A stretch of DNA of 64,000 nucleotides from Azolla caroliniana (taxonomy: Eukaryota; Plantae; Polypodiophyta). A program made the translations under genes and the position numbers. This document shows positions 1 through 15,327 of the stretch, piece by piece. The stretch is from positions 1 to 64,000 of the forward strand of contig JBHGNT010000149.1 in assembly GCA_043228905.1 (NCBI GenBank). The letters are read 5' to 3'. The first letter of the stretch is position 1. Each line of letters begins with the position of its first letter. The notes under the pieces are model-generated. The model searched no databases, had not been told where the DNA came from, and saw only the letters and a program-made list of their open reading frames with translations.

Positions 1-1531
1 ATGATATGGTATTAAAAAATCATGATTTTGAAACTCAGGTCGAGAGACATGACGAAATTACCAAATTGGAGGAGGGAGTTGCGAGGAGCCCTTGAGTATA
101 TTAAAATGTTCATACCTGGCGCGTGTGATATCGGATTTTTGTGTTCCAACATGCGAATCGAAGCTAACAACGCTAGCTATGATATGGTATTAAAAAATCA
201 AGATTTTGAAACTCAGGTCGAGAGACATGAAGAAATTAACAATTTTGAGGAGGGAGTTGAGAGGAGCCCTTGAGTAAATTAAAATGTTCATACCTGGCTC
301 GTGTGATATCGGTTTTTTGTGTTCAAACATGCGAATCGAAGCTAAAAACGCTAGCTATGATATGGTATTCAAAAATCATGATTTCGAATTTGAGGTCGAG
401 AGACATGAAGAAATTAGCAATCTTGAGGAGGGAGTTGCGAGGAGCCCTTGAGTACATTAAAATGTTCATACCTGGCTCGTTTGATATCGGATTTTTGTGT
501 TCAAACATGCGAATCGAAGCTCACAACGCTAGCTATTATATGGAACTAAAAAATCAAGATTTTGAAACTCAGGTCGAGAAATATGAAGAAATTAGCAATC
601 CTGAGGAGGGAGTTGAGAGGAGCCCTTGAGTACATTAAAATGTTCATACCTGGCTCGTGTGATATCGGATTTTTGTGTTCAAACATGTGAATCGAAGCTA
701 ACAACGCTAGCTATTCTATGGAACTAAAAAATCAAGATTTTGAAACTCAGGTCGAGAGATATGAAGAAATTAGCAATCTTGAGGAGGGAGTTGAGAGGAG
801 CCCTTGAGTACATTAAAATGTTCATACCTGGCGCGTGTGATATCGGATTTTTGTGTTCAAACATGCGAATCGAAGCTAACAACGCTAGCTATTATATGGA
901 ACTAAAAAATCAAGATTTTGAAACTCAGGTCCAGAAATATGAAGAAATTAGCAATCTTGAGGAGGGAGTTGAGAGGAGCCCTTGAGTACATTAAAATGTT
1001 CATACCTGGCTCGTGTGATATCGGATTTTTGTGTTCAAACATGCGAATCGAAGCTAACAATGCTAGCTATGACATGGTATTAAAAAATCAAGATTTTGAA
1101 ACTCAAGTCGAGAGATATGAAGAAATTAGCAATCTTGAGGAGGGAGTTGAGAGGAGCCCTTGAGTAAATTAAAATGTTCATACCTGGCTCGTGTGATATC
1201 GGATTTTTGTGTTCAACCATGCGAATCAAAGCTAACAACGCTACCTATGATATGGAACTAAAAAATCATGATTTTGAAACTCAGGTCAAGAGATATGAAG
1301 AAATTAGCAATGTTGAGGAGGGAGTTGAGAGGAGCCCTTGAGTACATTAAAATGTTCATACCTGGCGCGTGTGATATCGGATTTTTGTGTTCAGACATGC
1401 GAATCGAAGCTAACAACGCTAGCTATTCTATGGAACTAAAAAATCATGATTTTGAAACTCAGGTCAAGAGATATGAAGAAATTAGCAATGTTGAGGAGGG
1501 AGTTGAGAGGAGCCCTTGAGTACATTAAAAT

Positions 1532-1598
1532 GTTCATACCTGACGAAATTACCTAATTTGAGGAGGGAGTTGAGACGACCTAGTAGGTAAATTAAAAT
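1532..1598 (+). repeat. Truncated 67-bp monomer (111-bp deletion), copy 1 of 7
   Basis: Junction catacctg|acgaaattacc at 1542/1543. The local period is 423 = 2x178 + 67. Confidence 0.95.
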
Positions 1599-4500
1599 GT
1601 TCATACCTGGCTCGTGTGATATCGGATTTTTGTGTTCAAACATGCGAATCGAAGCTAACAACGCTAGCTATGATATGGTATTAAAAAATCATGATTTTGA
1701 AACTCAGGTCGAGAGACATGACGAAATTACCAAATTGGAGGAGGGAGTTGCGAGGAGCCCTTGAGTATATTAAAATGTTCATACCTGGCGCGTGTGATAT
1801 CGGATTTTTGTGTTCCAACATGCGAATCGAAGCTAACAACGCTAGCTATGATATGGTATTAAAAAATCAAGATTTTGAAACTCAGGTCGAGAGACATGAA
1901 GAAATTAACAATTTTGAGGAGGGAGTTGAGAGGAGCCCTTGAGTAAATTAAAATGTTCATACCTGGCTCGTGTGATATCGGTTTTTTGTGTTCAAACATG
2001 CGAATCGAAGATAAAAACGCTAGCTATGATATGGTATTCAAAAATCATGATTTCGAATTTGAGGTCGAGAGACATGAAGAAATTAGCAATCTTGAGGAGG
2101 GAGTTGCGAGGAGCCCTTGAGTACATTAAAATGTTCATACCTGGCTCGTGTGATATCGGATTTTTGTGTTCAAACATGCGAATCGAAGCTCACAACGCTA
2201 GCTATTATATGGAACTAAAAAATCAAGATTTTTAAACTCAGGTCGAGAAATATGAAGAAATTAGCAATCTTGAGGAGGGAGTTGAGAGGAGCCCTTGAGT
2301 ACATTAAAATGTTCATACCTGGCTCGTGTGATATCGGATTTTTGTGTTCAAACATGTGAATCGAAGCTAACAACGCTAGCTATTCTATGGAACTAAAAAA
2401 TCAAGATTTTGAAACTCAGGTCGAGAGATATGAAGAAATTAGCAATCTTGAGGAGGGAGTTGAGAGGAGCCCTTGAGTACATTAAAATGTTCATACCTGG
2501 CGCGTGTGATATCGGATGTTTGTGTTCAAACATGTGAATCGAAGCTAACAACGCTAGCTATTCTATGGAACTAAAAAATCAAGATTTTGAAACTCAGGTC
2601 GAGAGATATGAAGAAATTAGCAATCTTGAGGAGGGAGTTGAGAGGAGCCCTTGAGTACATTAAAATGTTCATACCTGGCGCGTGTGATATCGGATTTTTG
2701 TGTTCAAACATGCGAATCGAAGCTAACAACGCTACCTATGATATGGAACTAAAAAATCAAGATTTTGAAACTCAGGTCCAGAAATATGAAGAAATTAGCA
2801 ATCTTGAGGAGGGAGTTGAGAGGAGCCCTTGAGTACATTAAAATGTTCATACCTGGCTCGTGTGATATCGGATTTTTGTGTTCAAACATGCGAATCGAAG
2901 CTAACAATGCTAGCTATGACATGGTATTAAAAAATCAAGATTTTGAAACTCAAGTCGAGAGATATGAAGAAATTAGCAATCTTGAGGAGGGAGTTGAGAG
3001 GAGCCCTTGAGTAAATTAAAATGTTCATACCTGGCTCGTGTGATATCGGATTTTTGTGTTCAACCATGCGAATCAAAGCTAACAACGCTACCTATGATAT
3101 GGAACTAAAAAATCATGATTTTGAAACTCAGGTCAAGAGATATGAAGAAATTAGCAATGTTGAGGAGGGAGTTGAGAGGAGCCCTTGAGTACATTAAAAT
3201 GTTCATACCTGGCGCGTGTGATATCTGATTTTTGTGTTCAAACATGCGAATCGAAGCTAACAACGCTAGCTATTATATGGAACTAAAAAGTCAAGATTTT
3301 GAAACTCAGGTCGAGAGATATGAAGAAATTAGCAATCTTGAGGAGGGAGTTGAGAGGAGCCCTTGAGTACATTAAAATGTTCATACCTGGCGCGTGTGAT
3401 ATCGGATTTTTGTGTTCAGACATGCGAATCGAAGCTAACAACGCTAGCTATTCTATGGAACTAAAAAATCAAGATTTTGAAATTGAGGTCGAGAGACATG
3501 AAGAAATTAGCAATCTTGAGGAGGGAGTTGAGAGGAGCCCTTGAGTATATTAAAATGTTTATACCTGGCTCGTGTGATATCGGCTTTTTGTGTTCAAACA
3601 TGCGAATCGAAGCTAACAACGCTAGCTATGACATGGTATTAAAAAATCAAGATTTTGACACTCAGGTCGAGAGACATGACGAAATTAGCAATCTTGAGGA
3701 GGGAGTTGAGAGGAGCCCTTGAGTAAATTAAAATGTTCATACCTGGCTCGTGTGATATCGGATTTTTGTGTTCAACCATGCGAATCAAAGCTAACAACGC
3801 TACCTATGATATGAAACTAAAAAATCATGATTTTGAAACTCATGTCAAGAGATATGAAGAAATTAGCAATGTTGAGGAGGGAGTTGAGAGGAGCCCTTGA
3901 GTACATTAAAATGTTCATACCTGGCGCATGTGATATCTGATTTTTGTGTTCAAACATGCGAATCGAAGCTAACAACGCTAGCTATTATATGGAACTAAAA
4001 AGTCAAGATTTTGAAACTCAGGTCGAGAGATATGAAGAAATTAGCAATCTTGAGGAGGGAGTTGAGAGGAGCCCTTGAGTACATTAAAATGTTCATACCT
4101 GGCGCGTGTGATATCGGATTTTTGTGTTCAGACATGCGAATCGAAGCTAACAACGCTAGCTATTCTATGGAACTAAAAAATCAAGATTTTGAAATTGAGG
4201 TCGAGAGACATGAAGAAATTAGCAATCTTGAGGAGGGAGTTGAGAGGAGCCCTTGAGTAAATTAAAATGTTCATACCTGGCTCGTGTGATATCGGATTTT
4301 TGTGTTCAAACATGCGAATCGAAGCTAACAACGCTAGCTATGATATGGTATTAAAAAATCATGATTTTGAAACTCAGGTCGAGAGACATGACGAAATTAC
4401 CAAATTGGAGGAGGGAGTTGCGAGGAGCCCTTGAGTATATTAAAATGTTCATACCTGGCGCGTGTGATATCGGATTTTTGTGTTCCAACATGCGAATCGA

Positions 4501-5870
4501 AGCTAACAACGCTAGCTATGATATGGTATTAAAAAATCAAGATTTTGAAACTCAGGTCGAGAGACATGAAGAAATTAACAATTTTGAGGAGGGAGTTGAG
4601 AGGAGCCCTTGAGTAAATTAAAATGTTCATACCTGGCTCGTGTGATATCGGTTTTTTGTGTTCAAACATGCGAATCGAAGCTAAAAACGCTAGCTATGAT
4701 ATGGTATTCAAAAATCATGATTTCGAATTTGAGGTCGAGAGACATGAAGAAATTAGCAATCTTGAGGAGGGAGTTGCGAGGAGCCCTTGAGTACATTAAA
4801 ATGTTCATACCTGGCTCGTTTGATATCGGATTTTTGTGTTCAAACATGCGAATCGAAGCTCACAACGCTAGCTATTATATGGAACTAAAAAATCAAGATT
4901 TTGAAACTCAGGTCGAGAAATATGAAGAAATTAGCAATCCTGAGGAGGGAGTTGAGAGGAGCCCTTGAGTACATTAAAATGTTCATACCTGGCTCGTGTG
5001 ATATCGGATTTTTGTGTTCAAACATGTGAATCGAAGCTAACAACGCTAGCTATTCTATGGAACTAAAAAATCAAGATTTTGAAACTCAGGTCGAGAGATA
5101 TGAAGAAATTAGCAATCTTGAGGAGGGAGTTGAGAGGAGCCCTTGAGTACATTAAAATGTTCATACCTGGCGCGTGTGATATCGGATTTTTGTGTTCAAA
5201 CATGCGAATCGAAGCTAACAACGCTAGCTATTATATGGAACTAAAAAATCAAGATTTTGAAACTCAGGTCCAGAAATATGAAGAAATTAGCAATCTTGAG
5301 GAGGGAGTTGAGAGGAGCCCTTGAGTACATTAAAATGTTCATACCTGGCTCGTGTGATATCGGATTTTTGTGTTCAAACATGCGAATCGAAGCTAACAAT
5401 GCTAGCTATGACATGGTATTAAAAAATCAAGATTTTGAAACTCAAGTCGAGAGATATGAAGAAATTAGCAATCTTGAGGAGGGAGTTGAGAGGAGCCCTT
5501 GAGTAAATTAAAATGTTCATACCTGGCTCGTGTGATATCGGATTTTTGTGTTCAACCATGCGAATCAAAGCTAACAACGCTACCTATGATATGGAACTAA
5601 AAAATCATGATTTTGAAACTCAGGTCAAGAGATATGAAGAAATTAGCAATGTTGAGGAGGGAGTTGAGAGGAGCCCTTGAGTACATTAAAATGTTCATAC
5701 CTGGCGCGTGTGATATCGGATTTTTGTGTTCAGACATGCGAATCGAAGCTAACAACGCTAGCTATTCTATGGAACTAAAAAATCATGATTTTGAAACTCA
5801 GGTCAAGAGATATGAAGAAATTAGCAATGTTGAGGAGGGAGTTGAGAGGAGCCCTTGAGTACATTAAAAT

Positions 5871-5937
5871 GTTCATACCTGACGAAATTACCTAATTTGA
5901 GGAGGGAGTTGAGACGACCTAGTAGGTAAATTAAAAT
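5871..5937 (+). repeat. Truncated 67-bp monomer, copy 2 of 7
   Basis: Identical junction catacctgacgaaattacc. Confidence 0.95.
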
Positions 5938-8900
5938 GTTCATACCTGGCTCGTGTGATATCGGATTTTTGTGTTCAAACATGCGAATCGAAGCTAACAA
6001 CGCTAGCTATGATATGGTATTAAAAAATCATGATTTTGAAACTCAGGTCGAGAGACATGATGAAATTACCAAATTGGAGGAGGGAGTTGCGAGGAGCCCT
6101 TGAGTATATTAAAATGTTCATACCTGGCGCGTGTGATATCGGATTTTTGTGTTCCAACATGCGAATCGAAGCTAACAACGCTAGCTATGATATGGTATTA
6201 AAAAATCAAGATTTTGAAACTCAGGTCGAGAGACATGAAGAAATTAACAATTTTGAGGAGGGAGTTGAGAGGAGCCCTTGAGTAAATTAAAATGTTCATA
6301 CCTGGCTCGTGTGATATCGGTTTTTTGTGTTCAAACATGCGAATCGAAGATAAAAACGCTAGCTATGATATGGTATTCAAAAATCATGATTTCGAATTTG
6401 AGGTCGAGAGACATGAAGAAATTAGCAATCTTGAGGAGGGAGTTGCGAGGAGCCCTTGAGTACATTAAAATGTTCATACCTGGCTCGTGTGATATCGGAT
6501 TTTTGTGTTCAAACATGCGAATCGAAGCTCACAACGCTAGCTATTATATGGAACTAAAAAATCAAGATTTTTAAACTCAGGTCGAGAAATATGAAGAAAT
6601 TAGCAATCTTGAGGAGGGAGTTGAGAGGAGCCCTTGAGTACATTAAAATGTTCATACCTGGCTCGTGTGATATCGGATTTTTGTGTTCAAACATGTGAAT
6701 CGAAGCTAACAACGCTAGCTATTCTATGGAACTAAAAAATCAAGATTTTGAAACTCAGGTCGAGAAATATGAAGAAATTAGCAATCTTGAGGAGGGAGTT
6801 GAGAGGAGCCCTTGAGTACATTAAAATGTTCATACCTGGCGCGTGTGATATCGGATGTTTGTGTTCAAACATGTGAATCGAAGCTAACAACGCTAGCTAT
6901 TCTATGGAACTAAAAAATCAAGATTTTGAAACTCAGGTCGAGAGATATGAAGAAATTAGCAATCTTGAGGAGGGAGTTGAGAGGAGCCCTTGAGTACATT
7001 AAAATGTTCATACCTGGCGCGTGTGATATCTGATTTTTGTGTTCAAACATGCGAATCGAAGCTAACAACGCTAGCTATTATATGGAACTAAAAAGTCAAG
7101 ATTTTGAAACTCAGGTCGAGAGATATGAAGAAATTAGCAATCTTGAGGAGGGAGTTGAGAGGAGCCCTTGAGTACATTAAAATGTTCATACCTGGCGCGT
7201 GTGATATCGGATTTTTGTGTTCAAACATGCGAATCGAAGCTAACAATGCTAGCTATGACATGGTATTAAAAAATCAAGATTTTGAAACTCAGGTCGAGAG
7301 ATATGAAGAAATTAGCAATCTTGAGGAGGGAGTTGAGAGGAGCCCTTGAGTAAATTAAAATGTTCATACCTGGCTCGTGTGATATCGGATTTTTGTGTTC
7401 AAACATGTGAATCGAAGCTAACAACGCTAGCTATTCTATGGAACTAAAAAATCAAGATTTTGAAACTCAGGTCGAGAGATATGAAGAAATTAGCAATCTT
7501 GAGGAGTGAGTTGAGAGGAGCCCTTGAGTACATTAAAATGTTCATACCTGGCTCGTGTGATATCGGATTTTTGTGTTCAAACATGCGAATCGAAGCTAAC
7601 AATGCTAGCTATTATATGGAACTGAAAAATCAAGATTTTGAAACTCAGGTCGAGAGATATGAAGAAATTAGCAATCTTGAGGAGGGAGTTGAGAGGAGCC
7701 CTTGAGTACATTAAAATGTTCATACCTGGCGCGTGTGATATCTGATTTTTGTGTTCAAACATGCGAATCGAAGCTAACAACGCTAGCTATTATATGGAAC
7801 TAAAAAGTCAAGATTTTGAAACTCAGGTCGAGAGATATGAAGAAATTAGCAATCTTGAGGAGGGAGTTGAGAGGAGCCCTTGAGTACATTAAAATGTTCA
7901 TACCTGGCGCGTGTGATATCGGATTTTTGTGTTCAGACATGCGAATCGAAGCTAACAACGCTAGCTATTCTATGGAACTAAAAAATCAAGATTTTGAAAT
8001 TGAGGTCGAGAGACATGAAGAAATTAGCAATCTTGAGGAGGGAGTTGAGAGGAGCCCTTGAGTAAATTAAAATGTTCATACCTGGCGCGTGTGATATCGG
8101 ATGTTTGTGTTCAAACGTGGGAATCGAAGCTAACAACGTTAGCTATGACATGGTATTAAAAAATCAAGATTTTGAAACTCAAGTCGAGAGACATAACGAA
8201 ATTACCTAATTTGAGGAGTGAGTTGAGAAGACCTAGTATGTAAATTAAAATGTTCATACCTGGCTCGTGTGATATCGGATTTTTGTGTTCAAACATGCGA
8301 ATCGAAGCTAACAACAGTAGCTATTATATGGAACTAAAAAATCAAGATTTTGAAACTCAGGTCCAGAAATATGAAGAAATTAGCAATCTTGAGGAGGGAG
8401 TTGAGAGGAGCCCTTGAGTACATTAAAATGTTCATACCTGGCTCGTGTGATATCGGATTTTTGTGTTCAAACATGCGAATCGAAGCTAACAATGCTAGCT
8501 ATGACATGGTATTAAAAAATCAAGATTTTGAAACTCAAGTCCAGAGACATGACGAAATTACCTAATTTGAGGAGGGAGTTGAGAAGACCTAGTAGGTAAA
8601 TTAAAATGTTCATACCTGGCTCGTGTGATATCGGATTTTTGTGTTCAAACATGCGAATCGAAGCTAACAACGCTAGTTATTCTATGGAACTAAAAAATCA
8701 AGATTTTGAAACTCAGGTCGAGAAATATGAAGAAATTAGCAATCTTGAGGAGGGAGTTGAGAGGAGCCCTTGAGTACATTAAAATGTTCATACCTGGCTC
8801 GTGTGATATCGGATTTTTGTGTTCAAACATGTGAATCGAAGCTAACAATGCTAGCTATGACATGGTATTAAAAAATCAAGATTTTGAAACTCAAGTTGAG

Positions 8901-11900
8901 AGACATGACGAAATTACCTAATTTGAGGAGGGAGTTGAGACGACCTAGTAGGTAAATTAAAATGTTCATACCTGGCTCGTGTGATATCGGATTTTTGTGT
9001 TCAAACATGCGAATCAAAGCTAACAACGCTAGCTATGATATGGAACTAAAAAATCAAGATTTTAAAAGTCAGGTCGAGAGATATGAATAAATTAGCAATC
9101 TTGAGGAGGGAGTTGAGAGGAGCCCTTGAGTACATTAAAATGTTCATACCTGGCTCGTGTGATATCGGATTTTTGTGTTCAAACATGCGAATCGAAGCTA
9201 ACATTGCTAGCTATGACATGGTATTAAAAAATCAAGATTTTGAAACTCAAGTCGAGAGATATGAAGAAATTAGCAATCTTGAGGAGGGAGTTGAGAGGAG
9301 CCCTTGCGTAAATTAAAATGTTCATACCTGGCTCGTGTGATATCGGATTTTTGTGTTCAAACATGCGAATCGAAGCTAACAATGCTAGCTATGACATGGT
9401 ATTAAAAAATCAAGATTTTGAAACTCAGGTCGAGAGATATGAAGAAATTAGCAATCTTGAGGAGGGAGTTGAGAGGAGCCCTTGAGTAAATTAAAATGTT
9501 CATACCTGGCTCGTGTGATATCGGATTTTTGTGTTCAAACATGCGAATCGAAGCTAACAACGCTAGCTATGACATGGTATTAAAAAATCAAGATTTTGAC
9601 ACTCAGGTCGAGAGACATGACGAAATTAGCAATCTTGAGGAGGGAGTTGAGAGGAGCCCTTGAGTAAATTAAAATGTTCATACCTGGCGCGTGTGATATC
9701 GGATGTTTGTGTTCAAACGTGGGAATCGAAGCTAACAACGTTAGCTATGACATGGTATTAAAAAATCAAGATTTTGAAACTCAAGTCGAGAGACATAACG
9801 AAATTACCTAATTTGAGGAGTGAGTTGAGAAGACCTAGTATGTAAATTAAAATGTTCATACCTGGCTCGTGTGATATCGGATTTTTGTGTTCAAACATGC
9901 GAATCGAAGCTAACAACAGTAGCTATTATATGGAACTAAAAAATCAAGATTTTGAAACTCAGGTCCAGAAATATGAAGAAATTAGCAATCTTGAGGAGGG
10001 AGTTGAGAGGAGCCCTTGAGTACATTAAAATGTTCATACCTGGCTCGTGTGATATCGGATTTTTGTGTTCAAACATGCGAATCGAAGCTAACAATGCTAG
10101 CTATGACATGGTATTAAAAAATCAAGATTTTGAAACTCAAGTCCAGAGACATGACGAAATTACCTAATTTGAGGAGGGAGTTGAGAAGACCTAGTAGGTA
10201 AATTAAAATGTTCATACCTGGCTCGTGTGATATCGGATTTTTGTGTTCAAACATGTGAATCGAAGCTAACAACGCTAGCTATTCTATGGAACTAAAAAAT
10301 CAAGATTTTGAAACTCAGGTCGAGAGATATGAAGAAATTAGCAATCTTGAGGAGGGAGTTGAGAGGAGCCCTTGAGTACATTAAAATGTTCATACCTGGC
10401 GCGTGTGATATCGGATTTTTGTGTTCAAACATGCGAATCGAAGCTAACAACGCTACCTATGATATGGAACTAAAAAATCAAGATTTTGAAACTCAGGTCC
10501 AGAAATATGAAGAAATTAGCAATCTTGAGGAGGGAGTTGAGAGGAGCCCTTGAGTACATTAAAATGTTCATACCTGGCTCGTGTGATATCGGATTTTTGT
10601 GTTCAAACATGCGAATCGAAGCTAACAATGCTAGCTATGACATGGTATTAAAAAATCAAGATTTTGAAACTCAAGTCGAGAGATATGAAGAAATTAGCAA
10701 TCTTGAGGAGGGAGTTGAGAGGAGCCCTTGAGTAAATTAAAATGTTCATACCTGGCTCGTGTGATATCGGATTTTTGTGTTCAACCATGCGAATCAAAGC
10801 TAACAACGCTACCTATGATATGGAACTAAAAAATCATGATTTTGAAACTCAGGTCAAGAGATATGAAGAAATTAGCAATGTTGAGGAGGGAGTTGAGAGG
10901 AGCCCTTGAGTACATTAAAATGTTCATACCTGGCGCGTGTGATATCTGATTTTTGTGTTCAAACATGCGAATCGAAGCTAACAACGCTAGCTATTATATG
11001 GAACTAAAAAGTCAAGATTTTGAAACTCAGGTCGAGAGATATGAAGAAATTAGCAATCTTGAGGAGGGAGTTGAGAGGAGCCCTTGAGTACATTAAAATG
11101 TTCATACCTGGCGCGTGTGATATCGGATTTTTGTGTTCAGACATGCGAATCGAAGCTAACAACGCTAGCTATTCTATGGAACTAAAAAATCAAGATTTTG
11201 AAATTGAGGTCGAGAGACATGAAGAAATTAGCAATCTTGAGGAGGGAGTTGAGAGGAGCCCTTGAGTATATTAAAATGTTTATACCTGGCTCGTGTGATA
11301 TCGGCTTTTTGTGTTCAAACATGCGAATCGAAGCTAACAACGCTAGCTATGACATGGTATTAAAAAATCAAGATTTTGACACTCAGGTCGAGAGACATGA
11401 CGAAATTAGCAATCTTGAGGAGGGAGTTGAGAGGAGCCCTTGAGTAAATTAAAATGTTCATACCTGGCTCGTGTGATATCGGATTTTTGTGTTCAACCAT
11501 GCGAATCAAAGCTAACAACGCTACCTATGATATGAAACTAAAAAATCATGATTTTGAAACTCAGGTCAAGAGATATGAAGAAATTAGCAATGTTGAGGAG
11601 GGAGTTGAGAGGAGCCCTTGAGTACATTAAAATGTTCATACCTGGCGCGTGTGATATCTGATTTTTGTGTTCAAACATGCGAATCGAAGCTAACAACGCT
11701 AGCTATTATATGGAACTAAAAAGTCAAGATTTTGAAACTCAGGTCGAGAGATATGAAGAAATTAGCAATCTTGAGGAGGGAGTTGAGAGGAGCCCTTGAG
11801 TACATTAAAATGTTCATACCTGGCGCGTGTGATATCGGATTTTTGTGTTCAGACATGCGAATCGAAGCTAACAACGCTAGCTATTCTATGGAACTAAAAA

Positions 11901-13591
11901 ATCAAGATTTTGAAATTGAGGTCGAGAGACATGAAGAAATTAGCAATCTTGAGGAGGGAGTTGAGAGGAGCCCTTGAGTAAATTAAAATGTTCATACCTG
12001 GCTCGTGTGATATCGGATTTTTGTGTTCAAACATGCGAATCGAAGCTAACAACGCTAGCTATGATATGGTATTAAAAAATCATGATTTTGAAACTCAGGT
12101 CGAGAGACATGACGAAATTACCAAATTGGAGGAGGGAGTTGCGAGGAGCCCTTGAGTATATTAAAATGTTCATACCTGGCGCGTGTGATATCGGATTTTT
12201 GTGTTCCAACATGCGAATCGAAGCTAACAACGCTAGCTATGATATGGTATTAAAAAATCAAGATTTTGAAACTCAGGTCGAGAGACATGAAGAAATTAAC
12301 AATTTTGAGGAGGGAGTTGAGAGGAGCCCTTGAGTAAATTAAAATGTTCATACCTGGCTCGTGTGATATCGGTTTTTTGTGTTCAAACATGCGAATCGAA
12401 GCTAAAAACGCTAGCTATGATATGGTATTCAAAAATCATGATTTCGAATTTGAGGTCGAGAGACATGAAGAAATTAGCAATCTTGAGGAGGGAGTTGCGA
12501 GGAGCCCTTGAGTACATTAAAATGTTCATACCTGGCTCGTGTGATATCGGATTTTTGTGTTCAAACATGCGAATCGAAGCTCACAACGCTAGCTATTATA
12601 TGGAACTAAAAAATCAAGATTTTGAAACTCAGGTCGAGAAATATGAAGAAATTAGCAATCTTGAGGAGGGAGTTGAGAGGAGCCCTTGAGTACATTAAAA
12701 TGTTCATACCTGGCTCGTGTGATATCGGATTTTTGTGTTCAAACATGCGAATCGAAGCTAACAATGCTAGCTATTATATGGAACTAAAAAATCAAGATTT
12801 TGAAACTCAGGTCTAGAGATATGAAGAAATTAGCAATCTTGAGGAGGGAGTTGAGAGGAGCCCTTGAGTACATTAAAATGTTCATACCTGGCGCGTGTGA
12901 TATCGGATTTTTGTGTTCAAACATGCGAATCGAAGCTAACAACGCTAGCTATTATATGGAACTAAAAAATCAAGATTTTGAAACTCAGGTCCAGAAATAT
13001 GAAGAAATTAGCAATCTTGAGGAGGGAGTTGAGAGGAGCCCTTGAGTACATTAAAATGTTCATACCTGGCTCGTGTGATATCGGATTTTTGTGTTCAAAC
13101 ATGCGAATCGAAGCTAACAATGCTAGCTATGACATGGTATTAAAAAATCAAGATTTTGAAACTCAAGTCGAGAGATATGAAGAAATTAGCAATCTTGAGG
13201 AGGGAGTTGAGAGGAGCCCTTGAGTAAATTAAAATGTTCATACCTGGCTCGTGTGATATCGGATTTTTGTGTTCAACCATGCGAATCAAAGCTAACAACG
13301 CTACCTATGATATGGAACTAAAAAATCATGATTTTGAAACTCAGGTCAAGAGATATGAAGAAATTAGCAATGTTGAGGAGGGAGTTGAGAGGAGCCCTTG
13401 AGTACATTAAAATGTTCATACCTGGCGCGTGTGATATCGGATTTTTGTGTTCAGACATGCGAATCGAAGCTAACAACGCTAGCTATTCTATGGAACTAAA
13501 AAATCATGATTTTGAAACTCAGGTCAAGAGATATGAAGAAATTAGCAATGTTGAGGAGGGAGTTGAGAGGAGCCCTTGAGTACATTAAAAT

Positions 13592-13658
13592 GTTCATACC
13601 TGACGAAATTACCTAATTTGAGGAGGGAGTTGAGACGACCTAGTAGGTAAATTAAAAT
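13592..13658 (+). repeat. Truncated 67-bp monomer, copy 3 of 7
   Basis: Identical junction catacctgacgaaattacc. Confidence 0.95.
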
Positions 13659-15260
13659 GTTCATACCTGGCTCGTGTGATATCGGATTTTTGTGTTCAAA
13701 CATGCGAATCGAAGCTAACAACGCTAGCTATGATATGGTATTAAAAAATCATGATTTTGAAACTCAGGTCGAGAGACATGACGAAATTACCAAATTGGAG
13801 GAGGGAGTTGCGAGGAGCCCTTGAGTATATTAAAATGTTCATACCTGGCGCGTGTGATATCGGATTTTTGTGTTCCAACATGCGAATCGAAGCTAACAAC
13901 GCTAGCTATGATATGGTATTAAAAAATCAAGATTTTGAAACTCAGGTCGAGAGACATGAAGAAATTAACAATTTTGAGGAGGGAGTTGAGAGGAGCCCTT
14001 GAGTAAATTAAAATGTTCATACCTGGCTCGTGTGATATCGGTTTTTTGTGTTCAAACATGCGAATCGAAGCTAAAAACGCTAGCTATGATATGGTATTCA
14101 AAAATCATGATTTCGAATTTGAGGTCGAGAGACATGAAGAAATTAGCAATCTTGAGGAGGGAGTTGCGAGGAGCCCTTGAGTACATTAAAATGTTCATAC
14201 CTGGCTCGTGTGATATCGGATTTTTGTGTTCAAACATGCGAATCGAAGCTCACAACGCTAGCTATTATATGGAACTAAAAAATCAAGATTTTTAAACTCA
14301 GGTCGAGAAATATGAAGAAATTAGCAATCTTGAGGAGGGAGTTGAGAGGAGCCCTTGAGTACATTAAAATGTTCATACCTGGCTCGTGTAATATCGGATT
14401 TTTGTGTTCAAACATGTGAATCGAAGCTAACAACGCTAGCTATTCTATGGAACTAAAAAATCAAGATTTTGAAACTCAGGTCGAGAGATATGAAGAAATT
14501 AGCAATCTTGAGGAGGGAGTTGAGAGGAGCCCTTGAGTACATTAAAATGTTCATACCTGGCGCGTGTGATATCGGTTTTTTGTGTTCAAACATGCGAATC
14601 GAAGCTAACAACGCTAGCTATTATATGGAACTAAAAAATCAAGATTTTGAAACTCAGGTCCAGAAATATGAAGAAATTAGCAATCTTGAGGAGGGAGTTG
14701 AGAGGAGCCCTTGAGTACATTAAAATGTTCATACCTGGCTCGTGTGATATCGGATTTTTGTGTTCAAACATGCGAATCGAAGCTAACAATGCTAGCTATG
14801 ACATGGTATTAAAAAATCAAGATTTTGAAACTCAAGTCGAGAGATATGAAGAAATTAGCAATCTTGAGGAGGGAGTTGAGAGGAGCCCTTGAGTAAATTA
14901 AAATGTTCATACCTGGCTCGTGTGATATCGGATTTTTGTGTTCAACCATGCGAATCAAAGCTAACAACGCTACCTATGATATGGAACTAAAAAATCATGA
15001 TTTTGAAACTCAGGTCAAGAGATATGAAGAAATTAGCAATGTTGAGGAGGGAGTTGAGAGGAGCCCTTGAGTACATTAAAATGTTCATACCTGGCGCGTG
15101 TGATATCGGATTTTTGTGTTCAGACATGCGAATCGAAGCTAACAACGCTAGCTATTCTATGGAACTAAAAAATCATGATTTTGAAACTCAGGTCAAGAGA
15201 TATGAAGAAATTAGCAATGTTGAGGAGGGAGTTGAGAGGAGCCCTTGAGTACATTAAAAT

Positions 15261-15327
15261 GTTCATACCTGACGAAATTACCTAATTTGAGGAGGGAGTT
15301 GAGACGACCTAGTAGGTAAATTAAAAT
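15261..15327 (+). repeat. Truncated 67-bp monomer, copy 4 of 7
   Basis: Identical junction catacctgacgaaattacc. Confidence 0.95.

Noticed and set aside
781-800. GAGGAGG as a Shine-Dalgarno motif, or a G-quadruplex in the monomer
   Set aside because: This is eukaryotic non-coding satellite. The patch has only one GGG run plus GG pairs, which is insufficient for a canonical three-tier G4.
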